Origin: Marsupella aquatica
Taxonomy: Eukaryota > Plantae > Marchantiophyta
Direction: 5' to 3'
Assembly: GCA_973895155.1 (NCBI GenBank)
Contig: OZ316896.1
Span: 6,838,232 to 6,902,231, forward strand
Length of the DNA stretch: 64,000 bases
This document shows, one piece after another, positions 25,158-38,744 of this stretch. Positions within the stretch are counted from its first letter, which is position 1. Every line of letters begins with the position of its first letter. The notes below the pieces were generated by a model that made no database searches, had not been told where the DNA came from, and was given only the letters and a program-made list of their open reading frames with translations. The translations under genes and the position numbers were made by a program.

Positions 25158-25353
25158 ACTCATTGTAGCTGGAATTTTAGTCTCAAGGGAGATCAGTCTG
25201 TCTATCCCTACTGTCCTTCGTTACTACTGTGTCTGTTCCCAGAAGCGCCCCATATTGAAGAGTGTTGATCCCGGTCCGAAGCATTGAACAAGAAGTAAAT
25301 TCGAAGTAGTCTTTATTGACGGGGTGGCGAGTGCCCTGAATTCGTCAACCACA

Positions 25354-28300
25354 ATGTATACGGATGTCGACGACGAGGGTGAGCCTACGTATGATCCAGA
25401 CCAGCTGTCTGCAGAGGGCGCCGCAGAAGCAGAATCAGAAGGGGAATGGGAGGACGTGCCGTCTGCATCACAAACTTCTCGTGATAGTTCCGACAAGTAC
25501 TCGAAGACGAAGCCTAGGAAACGACTTGTGAGGAAAAGTGTCGCGGAGGATTCTCCTGAACCTTATGAGCAAGGAGAGGAACAAAGCCGACACTCAAAAA
25601 GGAAGAGCAAAGACTCAGACGAAATGGAGGGGCGGAAGAAGTCTCGGAAAGCAAGAGATGGATTAGAAGGGAGAGAGAGGGATGGGAGAGGGGAAGACAG
25701 TAAAAAGGGGAAGGTGGTATCGAAACTTGCGAAGCTGGCACGAAACGGTGGTGGGAGCAGGAGCGACAGAGCTGGGGGAAGTGAACGTTTTTCAAGGATT
25801 AGGGATCGCAGGGAAGAGAAGTCCCCTTGGGAGGATCCTGATGCTGCCCAGGATTCCGAGGTCGGTTGCACATTCCTTTTAGCGTGACTACGTCCACATG
25901 TAGATATACTTTGTTTCAGCTGCACAGTTGTCGATCCATTTAAAGGATTACTAGTCTTTGGCTTCATGATCTTGATATACAAATGTATTCTTATGGGTTG
26001 CGGTTAGGTTTTATGGTGGTGCTAGTTCGCTGCGTTCCCTGCTTTATGAATTGTTTTCCTTTGAACTAGCGCACTTGGAGGAGAGGCATATTACCTTCAC
26101 CGTATGAGGCGGAGCTAGATTCGTCAAAGTTGTTGTCTGCAAAGACCTTCGGTCGTAATTCCTTTTAAAAATTTAGGCAATCGCATTGAATCAGCAGAGC
26201 GAACTCTCGCCAGAAGATGACCATGTAAGCAATTTTAGGGATGCAAGAGTTGGCAACGTGGGAACCTTGTCACTTATCTTTACCCAATCGGCTCTTAAGG
26301 ATTTTGACTGCATGGCACTAGGAATTCCTCCATCGCTGCACTAAGGGTGGTATGATGCTAACCAGGAGGACAAAGAGGTCGACCCAACCCCAGACGACGA
26401 TAATTTTATCGATGATAGAGGTGTAGAACGGTACAGTGATGATGAAGGTGGATATGCTGCAGCATCCCCTAGTCATGCTCCTGAGGTATGTTAATCCGAA
26501 ACGCGGAGTCATGGATGCAGATTGTGCCCAAGCTGGACCCAGTACGAATTGGTCCAGGTCCCGTGACCATTATACTAACTGAAACTCTCATAGGAATCCC
26601 CAGTTGCGTCGGGAAACATTTGGATGATAATCGCATGTGGAAGAGCATGAACTTTGACTCCTCCTCACAAAAATTCGTGCAACTACATTCCTATTCCAGA
26701 CAGAGGTCAAGTCAGGTAGTAGACATTGCAGTTCGTCAGTGCTGCGTACTTGTTACTTTCCAAATTTAGAGGTTGGGACTGTCGCTTGTTCCTGTCTCAT
26801 AGATGAATCTCAAGTTTGCAAGAGCTCTTGTTGGCATTGTGGTTGTATGCCTGAGACCGCACAAGCATTAATAGTCTTTTCTAATGGAACTTTGCACAGC
26901 AACATCTCTCTCATCTTTGTGTAATTTGTGGTGAAACTGTCATGAATCAGAAAGAAATACAAAGGTCAGTTTGTCTTTCACCTTTGCTCAAAAGCAATAG
27001 GCCGAAAGGAGGGACACGGGACTTGTTGGAATTGGGTTTCATCTGCCTCATTCCTCGACCTCCTATCCTTGGTTGTCCATGGTCGACAACTATACTTCCG
27101 GCGTATCTCCTATAAACATTAACTTTAAGCTTTTTATTTATCTAGGCCGAAGAAGGTGAGGAGGACGAGGCGGATGAGATCAACAAGTTCTTCAAATCGA
27201 ACAAGAAAAAGATCTCAAATGAACGCACGTCAGAGGAGATAGCAATGTTTGTCGAACAGTTTATGGCCAAACTCGATGTCGCAGCAGAAGCTGATGCAGA
27301 TCTCAACCGAGCTTCAAAGCCAGCTATCGAAAAACTGAAGATGTTGCCTGAGCTGCTACATGTGCTGGAAAAGTATGAGTTCTGTCGTTTACTACGTGAC
27401 AAACCGTTGAGGGCTGATGGAATGTGACGGCATTGGGTCATTGCGCTGAACGTTATTGGCTTATTTACTTGCAGAATCAGATGTCTCATGTCTCGGTCTG
27501 TGCAGGCGGCAGCTGCAACAAGAATTTTTGGATCGAGGTGTTCTCTCTTCATTAAAGAATTGGCTTGAGCCACTGCCCGATGGATCACTTCCAAACATGA
27601 ATATCCGTTCTGCACTGTTGAAGCTCTTGACTGATGTAAGAGTCTATAATGTTTGTATCAACATTGTTCCGCAAGTATCTTAGATCTTATTTATCATTCC
27701 AAGCTCTTAATGGGGCTATTTCTCGTTTTGGACCCTGATATTACAAAAGCTTGATTGAGCAAGTTACTATGTATCACAAGGTGGATCAGCATTTTCGTCT
27801 GAAATTCTGAGCTTGTCGCATCTCAAAATGTAAATGCCATTTGTTTTTAGGATTCAGCTTTTGTAATATCAATCTACTCTATTTGAAGACGATGAAGTGG
27901 GGGAAAGAGATATTAGTTGGTGGAGCCACTGGGAGATTTATCCCTCAAATTCTCTGTACTTTCATGTGATTCCGTTATCTGTAAATTTGCAGCTACCCAT
28001 TGACGTGGAGGTCTTTGAGAGACGTGAGCAACTAAAGAAGAGCGGTCTTGGAAAGGTTATTGTCAACACACTGACTCAGAACTTTAATTCTTGTCTGGAC
28101 TTGGTCAGAGTTCTAATTTTGTAGAACGAAACATTCATCCTTTGCTTCTTCTTGGTGTTCTTTGTCGCTGTCAGGCCCTGTGTGGAGACAAGCGGTTGTG
28201 TTGTGAGAGTTTCAAAAAACAATGGTGACCGTTTTCAAACTTCACTAAAAAAATTAATTATATTTTGTAAGCTGATCCTGATCTATATTTGCAGGTGGTG

Positions 28301-29928
28301 ATGTTCTTGTCAAGGCTGTCAGAAGAGACGCCTGTGAACAAAAAGCTTGCACGAGATTTGGTGGATAAATGGGTATGTCTCCGTCTTTAACGACACCTAT
28401 ATCATTGACACTAGGTGACTCGTAAAGATTTTTGCATCTCGTGTTTTTGTTTGCTCCTCACAGATAAAAGATCAATAGTAAGTAGGTTCAAAATACGTTT
28501 GCAAGGGTCTCACACACACTTAGCATTGGTCTTACATTCCGTTTTCTGGTGATGTTGACAAGAATATCTGTTGTGTGATCTGGAATTTATGGGTGTTCAT
28601 ACGCCATGGCCATCTTTTCTGGTACAAACAGAGTCGTCCCATATTTCAAAAGAGCACACGATATGAGGACCTCAGACAATATGATGACGAGAGGCCTCCA
28701 CCACGCCGAATGCCTGTCAAGAAGTGAGTATTTATTTTGGACGAAGGATATTTGTATCGGTTCCTGGGATACACCAAGTACACAATTAGTGTAGGTCCAT
28801 ATCTTATTTATAAGTACCTCCTACCAAGTTCCTAGATTGGTTGAACTGACAATTTAGCGGACTCAAATCTAGTAGTTTAAATTATTGGCTTGTTGATTGT
28901 CGTGGAGCAGGCCTGTTCCCAAACCTCGTGTGGAGGAGTCTAGAGGAGGGGATGAATTGGAATTAGAGCTTGATCCGGAGTAAGATATTTCAGGTTTCTC
29001 AACCCTTTCAAGTTCATATAGGATGCTGAGAGTCTTTTTGCTGAAATATTGATAGTGATTGAGGATCAGAAATGTCTGCTTTACTTCCAGAAAATATGAA
29101 CTTATTTGAAGAGAACTTTCAGCAATCTAATTAATTGGAAACAGCACTAAAGTCTCATTGGGCCAAATCCTTGCGTCTTCTTTCATATTTCCTCGTACGG
29201 CATACCTACTCGTCCTTCTGAAGAATTCTAAGGATTGGTTCTGACGTCTCTCGTCATTCAGTGGATAGGAAATTCCATGAAGAAATTTGCCTGGTACGTC
29301 ATCCGTCACTGGAACCTTATTAGCAAGTACGTTATCGTTATCTAAATGATCATGCTTGTTTATAGAAGGGAGCTCAAGCCTGGTGACGCAGGATATCGAT
29401 ATCATGCGTCGAGACCTCAAGCTCTTCCGTTGGACTTCGTCATTAGGCCTGCTTCTAAAGTGGATGCAGATAGTGTCCGAGCTCATGCAAAGCAGCAGCG
29501 TATGGAGGAGAAGAGGAGTAAGGTAAAATGAGTCAAATTTGATAGTTTTGAGAAGAAGTCACTGCCACAATTATATTTTGTGGTGGAGTAATAGACCTGC
29601 AATCGTTTTAGATCAAATGTGATCTTTCACTTCTTGGAAAACCTTGATGGTCAGCTCCGGGTTTTACTTAAAGTAAAGGCGAATTTGTGGGATTGAATTG
29701 ATTCAGAAGCTGGCTGTTTTTTAGTCAAGGGAAACAAAAATCTTCAACTCTTGCAATGTTGTTGACTATGGAATCCATCGAAGAGTTGGTTTGTTTTTAT
29801 TAATAATTTATATTCTCTGTTGAATGCAGATGAACAAGAAGCTACAGCAATTAAGAACACCAAAGAAGAAAAACCTTCAAGCAGCACGACTGAGTGTTGA
29901 AGGTAGGGGCCTAATGAAATTTTTCTGA
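25354..29928 (+). CDS. IWS1: IWS1/SPN1 transcription elongation factor. Coding exons 25354-25860, 26366-26485, 27146-27372, 27506-27635, 27993-28055, 28295-28372, 28632-28723, 28911-28979, 29366-29522, 29830-29928
   Basis: GT-AG introns join in frame. Motifs: DDDNFIDD, AEEGEEDE, KPAIEKLKMLP, QQEFLDRGVLSSLKNWLEPLPDGSLPNMNIR, EQLKKSGLGKVVMFL, LVDKWSRPIF, C-terminal LSVEGRG. Confidence 0.95.
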
Positions 29929-31959
29929 CAGTTTTTGGTGCATCGACTGTACTACGGTGTCGAAAACAAAGTATGGCCGGATCTGAATGTAACCCTCAAT
30001 AAATCACCTGAGCACAGTGGAATCGGGTCTTGTGCAGTTTGTTTTTATGCTTGAGATTACAAGATAGAAGTCTGAGACACTCTCCATACGATATATGAGC
30101 TGTTATAAGAGGATAGACAAATTCAGTCTGGGGAAATTAGTTTTCTCATGATGTTTCACAGTAGAAACTGAGGAAGGCAGCATGGGTCTGTCGTTGATAC
30201 GTGCCAGACTTTATTCGCAATCTTTTGGATGTTTGGGAGATAGTAAACTGAAGCTGGTTTGGCATTCTAGCCATCAGGAATTAGCTGTGGACTTCCTTTA
30301 ACACAACATATACTCGAGAGTTTGTGAGAACTCGGATGATGGTTCTCTACGGAAGTTATTTGATTGTGTTCCTCGTGGGACGACACAAACGTGTACTTAA
30401 GTAATCTAGCCAGGGCTGATACAAAGTCTTCAAAGTTGGACTTCTGGGGTAGTGCAAGACACATATTAGGCACCCCAGGGAGTTCTTCTAGCGATCTTGC
30501 ACTTAGAGAGAGTGTACTATACGAGCAATGGCCATTGGCCTTCATTGTCAGGGGATCCCCTTGAGTGTCACTACACTTCTAATGAAACCAACTTTATCCA
30601 GACCTCGTGATTGTATTCGGGAGATTATGAAAGTGCTAAACCCTAATGGAACTTGCTTCGGTAGTGACGAACAGTCAATCAATGCCGTGGAATGTCGTCA
30701 ATTTTGTGAAAGTAATTGACTTTCGAACCAGTATGTAGTTGGTAACTTATGCACAAATGCAAGATTGTAGTTTCTTTTGTAGAAACTTGCAATTATCCAG
30801 TTTGAGGTTGAAGTTACTTAGGGAATGTGCAAGGAGTACAATAAATGGATGGCAGATCGAAAGTGAATACTCAATCGAGCAATCTCAACCATACAAGGAA
30901 TATGGTAGGCCATATCCAAGATGGGGATGAAGATTTTTATTGAATTGGATGCCATTGTCCGGGGAACCGTTAATGGCGGTATGAAAAACTAATTTCTTAC
31001 ATATTTTAGGGACTTTCTTACTTTTGTTTATTCTCATGTGTATCAGTTTTCTTATTGTGTTTCAATCTGTGTTAAGAGGTTCTACTTAGTATTGTATTTC
31101 CTCCCGTACTTTAGCTTCTCTAAACTAACAAATTTCTCTTTTCAATCATTCTATTCTTAGTTCAACTACAGCACGACTACTCCTCTCTTTTCCTTGGGTC
31201 GATCAGTAGAATCTTGAAACCTGGCCAGGGCACCTTCTAAACCTGGCCAGGGCACCTTCTTATTACAGACACAGTACACTGAGACCCCCTGGAAAATCTG
31301 CTCTAGAACAGATTTGCTTGCAAGTTGCTTGCTCTTGCCCATGGTTGCTCTTTGTTCGGCTGCTCCTGCAAAATACTCCAACTCGTATGCTGAACAAAAC
31401 AACAAAAAAGGGCTCTTACGGCACCAATCTGAGTAGTTGGGGAGTTATTAATTACGCCAAACTTTAACTAGAGATGTATACATAGTAGCAAATTCTCTGC
31501 AAAATGCTCATGCAGAGGTGTTTACAAAAGACAACAAAACAAAAAATAAGAGTTAATAACAAAAAATGTGTTTTACAAAAGACAATAAAACAGGAAATAG
31601 GAGTTAATAACAAAAATTGGTAACAGGAAAAAAAACTAATAACAGGAAAATGATTGGAAATTTATTTTTAAAAAAATTTCAAATTTTCAAAAAAAATAAA
31701 TTTAAATCTACTGTTGTCCTGGCTACTGTCGCTACTGTCGTCGAAGCATTACATCGAGCTCCTGGTTGATCACAATGAGCATACATTTGCCACTCGGATC
31801 TGGATCGAGGTATCCCCGTTCTCTCTCATATGTTTTTCACTTGCAGTTTGGTATTCTCTCAGGTATTCGTTGTCATTTGCTTTCTTGTTTGTCAACATAA
31901 GTAGACTTTTCGTAAGATTGAAAGTAATGTGATCGCATTTGTTTTTGTTTCAGGGAGAA

Positions 31960-32388
31960 ATGGCACGGAACGAGGGTGGAGCTGCTCCTAAATGGATTCA
32001 AGAAGTTCGGCGATATAACGCCGAAACTGACGGTCCACTGGATTCACCGCCAAGGTCCACCGAATCAAAGAGACTCAGAGTACTGTCGACGAAGCAAAGA
32101 GGAGTACATCTCCTTCCAGTAGCAAGGCTCCCGTCGTGTCTAAGGACTCCAAGGTGGCCGCACCTTGTAAGGAGACATTGACGAAGGCGGTCTCCCAAAC
32201 ACCACTGTCTTCTCGCACAAAAGCCCCTGTCTGTAAGGGGGTATTAGAGAAGCGCAAGAGAGAAGAGGAGTCATACTGGAGGGACCGCGAGATCCACAAC
32301 TATTAGACGGAAAACATCCTCGGTTCATCCAACTATGATACAGTCTCCGACTCTGACTCCGACGCGTACAAGGCAGCGCACCCTTGAA
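31960..32388 (+). pseudogene. Decayed small accessory ORF of unknown function inside the MULE-like element
   Basis: ATG just after a pyrimidine-rich splice acceptor (ttcag near 31953). Coding-like sequence with a frameshift and an internal TAG. Confidence 0.3.
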
Positions 32389-32925
32389 TAGAAAACAATA
32401 ACCGTAGTCCATCTTGTAGGAGCATAGACATTTTGTATACTGAGTCTATTTCCTGGACTTGGGATCCGCAAGGTCATGTCGAACAGAGTTATATGAGAGA
32501 ACATCTTTGTTCATTTTGAAATTACAGCTTGAGAAGATTTCCGATTGCAATATTTGGACTTGTCCTATTATTGCTAGCGACATCGCTAGTAAAACTATAC
32601 ATGACTACGATGATTTGTTTTCTCGCATGTATATCCAAAAACCAATTGCAATACATGAGTTATTGAACTCTACGTTATGTAGAACTTTGTCGAAAAGGAA
32701 CCGTTTACCAAAAACCTAATACTTTACTTCACATGTTTAATGCCAGCGACCTCGCTAGCAAAATAAACACTAATGCCGATACGTATCGAATAGTACTAGA
32801 CCCTCGCTAACATTGCATACACAATATAATTAGTGAGGTGGAGGACCTTCCTCTGTTCTGAAAACCGAAAGGCGACAAAATTAGGGACGCTGAAACGTTC
32901 ACCTCAACGGATAATAGAGATTAAG

Positions 32926-35900
32926 TCAACTACACTGCAACGAAATCAAACTCCTCACTTCAGCAACAGTCAGAATTGGCTGCTTCAGAAGATCGTCTCT
33001 ATCTAGATTCAGTGAAAACTTGTTTAAGTACACCCACAGGAGGTGTTTACAAGACTTGTAGGGTCTTCCTCTCGTGTGTCTCTTGTAGAAGTCATCACAT
33101 GAGCAAGAAGGAAAGCAACACACTTGGACCCGGTACTCGTGTGCAATTTTAGAATCTGTCTCGTGAGTGACGATAAGATATTGCCATCCCCACCCATTTC
33201 CGAGGCATATCTTCTCACTTCCAATGACTCTCATATGTTCGTCAGTCGTAGATCGAATGAGTTTGAGAAGCTCCGGGGTGTTCTGGAAACGTTGACAAAC
33301 GCCTTTCCCATTCCGGGTCTTGAATCTACGGTTTTGAAACCCAATGTCAACTCTTTCTGGGAAGGAGTTCACATCAATTCGGAGGTCAACACGATTTGGA
33401 GAGGAGAATGACCCGATTGGTGCTGGATCAGAGTATGATAATCCTCTGATTTTAATCCCATTTTGAAGAAGAAAGTCAATCTCTGTTGGAGTCAGCCTGG
33501 TCCCACGCTTGACCTGCAATGCCTCAGGTGGTTCCGGAAGTTGGGCAAGAGTCCTTTTGCCACCTGTTTTATGGCACCTATTATTCGGACAAAAGTACAG
33601 AAGCTGACGATGTGGAGATGACAACCTCAATCCGTGAATGGCAACACCAACCACTCCAGCGCAGAATGCCTTCATTCCAATTTCTTTGATGAGATTCTTG
33701 CACTCATCTTTTCCAAACACACTTTGGTCCACTTGTCCGTTGCAAACAGGTCCACTCCCTTTTCCACTCCGCCTCAAGTGCCAGGTCCCATACGTCACAT
33801 CAACCTCTTCAACAAAAGGGATCCTTCAGGGTGCATCCCGAATTTCATCCCGATTATTTTGAGGCTGTGGTATTTCTCCAACGTAGTTCGGGTCCTGTGT
33901 TGCATCTCCATGGCTTAGTTCTTCACCATCATCTGATATATTTATAACTTCACGAGGAAGAGGAGGTCTATGGCAAGTGGGATTGTCTTCATCGTCAGGA
34001 AAGTCTGGAGGTCCACCAATATCAGAAGCACCGCTGAAGTTACCAAATTCTGTGTAAAGATTTCTTCTTTTCAAACTAGACAGCGACGCCATTGTGCGCA
34101 ATATCTTATCATGTCGATGAGAATTGTTTTCATGAATAGAAGCAGAAGCACTACCCTTCCTTTTTCCTGACGTTGTTCTAAGATCTCCATGTAAAGGCAC
34201 AGTTCTATACTCATATTTTCCAGAGGATTCAAATAGTAGATTGGATGCCTTCTCATAGGCATCCAAAGACCCCATTGTATCTGCATTTCTTAAGGCCAGC
34301 TCAAATATTGTAGGACCATTCCCATGAAGACACCCTTCCAAGTATGCAGTGAACGTTGCAATTTGTCCAACTGCTCGATTCTGGTCAACTTCACAGGCTT
34401 CCATCAAACCAATTTTCTTCTTCGGCTGGCAGGAACGCATTGATGCGTGAGCAGATTCAGCTCCTGCACAGTTTGGCATCAGAGCAGACTCCTTCACAGT
34501 TTGCGTCTGAAAAATGAACAGAGTTAACACTTGTATTCACTAGCAATATGTCTATTTTGAGGCAGTCTCATGTTTCAATCTGTGACCAAAATACCTTTAC
34601 GAAAAGAAGTTTTATGGCTAGCGATCTCGCTAGCTTAAACGCATCACAAAGAGTGGACCGTTACTTACCACCCGAATAAAGTTACCCCATTGTCTCCACC
34701 GCACAACCCACCATGAAATCCACCCTTGTAGTGATTAAGCTTGGAAGGGTGACAATTCCCTTCTTTCCACCATTTTTGAATGTCGTCGGCTATACGATAT
34801 GCTTTGACGTATGTTGGAGCAATTCTTAACTTCTCCCACATCTTATAGTGCTCCGCATGACATCCCTCTTTGATCCCCTCCAAAGTGTGTCTTTTGAGGG
34901 ATTGAGAGAAATGGAAAGCATCACTATGCTCTTTCAGAGGATTCTGACACCCCCAAAAAGTACCCTTCGCATAGCAATCCAGCCAGCCTCCACATTGTCT
35001 GTTATGAATCCTCCAATAATGGGATTATGGACTCCATTCTCGGATGCGACATCTACCATTAACCTCCACGCAGTTTCAAGCGACTCTGTGTCTTTGGCTC
35101 TCAACTCGCAAGTGAAAATTGTACACAGAGCGCGGTAATTATGGTCATACACGTGTGCACTAAAGGTCAACCATCCAGTAGTGATACGATGCATCACGTC
35201 AAAAATCACCCAAGAACCTTCCAATACCCCTCCAGACTCCATGCTCCTCAAAATTTCCACACCCGATCTAGGACCATTTGTACTCATTTTGAATACATGC
35301 GCTCGATCATTTATGTTTTCTTGACCAGGAAATAGGCACCTTTGCACGAAAGGGAAATTATTACATGATTGCATTTCATGAAGTGAGTCAAGTTCTCCTT
35401 TTTAGGATTATTCACACTCCGAAGAATAGCTTGGAACTTTGGAGCGGTGGAAACCACTCCGATCAAACTCCAAATTTCTTGTTGTTCTTCTCTCAACAAC
35501 TGAGCCGATGATTTTGGATGCAATAGGGAGACTAGGTTCCCAATTGACTGGTTTCTCAGACGTGCAGGAGTTGAGACTGGATTCAAAACCTGACATTCAT
35601 TCCATTGATTTCCTCTCCTAAATTGTGCAAGTTCACTTGCTCCACTGATATTGAGAAAAGCGTCATAGGCACTCATCCAATACACTGTGGTCATGCTATC
35701 CCCAGTCCTTTGAATCAAATTTGTTGCTAACCCTTCGGGTTTGGAACCACCTCCTGACTTCACCGAACCACAAGACGTGTCTTGCCTTATACTCTTTGGA
35801 GATATTTCAATGACCTCGGGAGCTCTATTTTTGGAAGGCGTCCCAAGATCAATCACATGAGTTTGATGAACGGGAGCTAAATCCACCGGTTCCAGAATGA

Positions 35901-36189
35901 CATCAGGAAAACCATCTTTACTGGACAGAACCTCGACACAAGATCCAACCTTCAATGTCCAGACCTTGTCGGAAGTACTACTGTCCTCTCTCAACTCGTG
36001 ACTATGTGGCCCATTTTGAGAATACAACTCAAACAACTTCATGATGAGGTCATCTTTTGGAATTCCAAAATGAGTTACAAGGAATGACTCTGTCACCCTC
36101 ACCTCTGACGAACTAGGGGAACTTGGGAGTACCACCACGTCTCCCGTGATTCTACGCTCCAAAACCACCTTGGAATTCATCGACATCAT
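32926..36189 (-). pseudogene. MULE-type DDE transposase with C-terminal SWIM zinc finger (frameshifted, intron-containing)
   Basis: WVIFDVMHR...GWLTFSAHVYD...L.TIF.CE...GFITDNVEAGW, then an AFH (CxxH-like) motif. C-terminal PSCSCDDFYK...SCKHLLWV fits the SWIM CxC-xn-CxH pattern. Intron near 34505-34668. Confidence 0.8.
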
Positions 36190-36869
36190 CTCTTCTCAGG
36201 ATACAAAAATACAACGACTATGTTTTGAATCGTCCATATGACTCTTATTTGCAGGACCCAAATTTTGTTCATCCCAACGGAAACAACAAACCGACCAAAT
36301 TGTCAGTCAATTCCCGTTGATTCGACCATTATTTTGTCTTTTACTCAACATATAGGGACGTGTCACATGCTAGCGATCTCGCTAGCTTGGTTTTGCTAGT
36401 TTTTTGACAAACAAACCGTTGATTTCACCTCTTTTTAAGGATATTTGTGTCATTGCGTTTATGCCAGCAATCTCGCTAGCCAAAAAGTCAATCTAATTTT
36501 GACAAAGTTTACCGTTAGGATTCCGTTGGGAATAGTCAATGGGTACCATAATGTCAACGGTATAAATTACAGCGGACACCTAGAGCATTTTGTATGGATA
36601 CGATTATCCCAATCGTGAAGGTTGTTCTTCAGGTTTTCCAAAAAGTACAACTAGTGGTCCTTGCCAGGAGATTTCTGCTATTCCTTCCATCGTACTGTCC
36701 ATCGTTGTCAGTATTCACTATTGTAACTCTGTAAGGCTCTGTTGGGAGTTCGGAACAGTTTGTACTGCTATCCTAATTCTTTGAAAGGAGGTGTTGTGTG
36801 GACATTTTTCACGTGTGCAACTGCTGCAGTCTCCAGACACGAGCACTCTTCTCCAAAGGGTTTTATTTC

Positions 36870-38744
36870 ATGGAGTCATCGTTGTCTCCAGAGAGTATTT
36901 CTTCGAGAGGATCATTTCAGTCGAGGGAGTCGACAAGGAGAGAAACTAGGTCCACATCGAACAAGAAAGTGCTTGCAGCGGGATTGAAGACTCCAAGGTG
37001 GCCCAAGATGGTGACATCGGTAGATGTAGTTGCTCCTGTGTTTGATCCAAGCGCTTCGGAACCTTACACGGTTGTCATAAACCGTCATCTTCACTCGTTC
37101 GGAGTGAATGAGTTCGGATTTGCATTGGCTCCCCCCCTGAATTCCTCTCTGTCGGATGAGGAACATGTAGATTGTCTGGTCTCTGCAGAAGGATTCCACT
37201 ACGATAGACACATTGAAGTCCGAGTTCAAAACGCAGGGTTACATCAAAGATGCGCCTTGGTTTTACGTTTAGATGACAAACAAGGAAGGAGAAATCCAGA
37301 TGTGTACCAATGCCATCCGCAAAACTTGGGATGATATTTGGGTGTTGTAGAACGAGGAGTTTGAGCGCAAATGTGATTCTCATGTTTCTTTCTAGATCCT
37401 CAAGGACAAAATGTTCTGTGTTTTTGATGGAAACCACCGATTGTATTCGTGGAGCCAACTGGCGGAGGAGCATTCGGATGATATTAAGTACCATCCTCAA
37501 GTTGTCTGCAAGATCTTTAAGGGTGAAAAGAACTCTTTTGTTCAGATCGAGTCAGCAATGCATGCATTGAACAGGTGCAACTTCTCAGGATAATATAGTT
37601 CTGAAATTCCTTTTTTACCATGTCACTTTCAGCTAGCGATCTCGCTAACACAAGGAATGTTGTGGCAGGTTAACTCAATGTCATGTAGAGAATTCCTGGG
37701 TTTTGGAGGCTGAACGCGTCCAGAAGATTCTGAACAACGACTTATCCGTTTACAAAGATATCATCGACGCTGAGAATTACAAACTTTTCCAGTAAAAGAT
37801 GGCCAACGTGCGGAAGGCGACATGGTATTTTAAGAACATGACGTTGGATGCCTAAAGACCCAACTTATGTTCCATTGACGTCTTCGGAAGATGCAAGACA
37901 TAAGTCAATGTTGAGTGTTTGTTACCCTAAGACTGACCCCTGTCTAGCAGCGGCTGTTGCTAGATCAAAAAGGCTTTCAATTGGGTTCATGCAAGCCGTG
38001 ATGGAATTCCTCACAAAGCCCAAAGACATAGTCCTTGACTGGATTGTGTGACGGGAGCTCGTTTTCTGCCGGAGAATTCTCCGGGAGGTTTGTTGTCGGT
38101 GTTGAGGACAGGGACATTCTCCATTCTTGTGCTCAAAAAACTTTAAATAGTGTTCTTGCGAGGCACTCGAGCAAGGCAATGCAGATTAAGGATCAGGCAG
38201 CCAAGAGTAATCAAGACGCTGGGTCGGATGATGAGTTCACGATTCCTGGAGATGAACAGGTTGGGCCTTCAAGCGAGAAAGACAAATTTGACCTTGAGTA
38301 AAGTACTTGGCCTCTTCTGATGTCAGACTCCCTATTTGGTTTCTTTTGTTTTCTTCATTTTGTTGCTCTTCGTCAACTGATGCCGGTGGTTGCGTCAGTG
38401 ATAGGAGGGTGGATTGGTTTTCTAAGGAGAGATTTTGTCTTCGGAAGGAAGTCCAGGAATCCATTGTGGTTACTCTTGAGAAGCCTTTTACTCTTCCATG
38501 CTATGCTGAGACATCGGCGAGGTAGGTTGATGAAGCTCCTGTGGTCTTGACTTCGGAGGCGAAAGGACTTCGATCCATGAGAGGTGCTCGAAGATATCTA
38601 GATTGTTCAAGGTTTATCGACAATGAGGCGGGGACAGTCCGTCAGTATTTAGATGAGTCTGCCGAGTCCACGGAGAGGGAGACCAGTAGCGATCCTAGTA
38701 GTAGTGACATATCTGATGAATCAGAGGATGAAGTGTATGACTGA
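36870..38744 (+). pseudogene. ParB/Srx-like domain plus N4/N6 DNA amino-methyltransferase-like C-terminus (decayed, intron-containing)
   Basis: Manual translation from ~37180 gives LKSEFKTQGYIKDAPWFYV*...WDDIWVL*NEEFERKC...ILKDKMFCVFDGNHRLYSW...HPQV...AMHALN, then an intron at ~37575-37668. 37848-38301 gives FMQAVMEFLTKPKDIVLDW(fs)DGSSFSAGEFSGRFVVGVE, resembling the beta-class motif S.PGD.VLDPF.GSGTT..AA...GR..IG.E. Confidence 0.7.

Noticed and set aside
31403-31425. Left TIR of the MULE-like element
   Set aside because: Only weak similarity to the reverse complement of 39090-39113 and no TSD found; used as an approximate boundary only.
32140-32160. Shared gactccaaggtggcc (TPRWP) with 36989-37003
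   Set aside because: Only ~15 bp with no extended homology; insufficient to claim a duplication.
36870-38301. Bacterial or phage contamination as the source of the ParB-MTase segment
   Set aside because: It has a GT-AG intron, TAG-type decay like its neighbours, a second diverged copy in the window, and is contiguous with plant genes.
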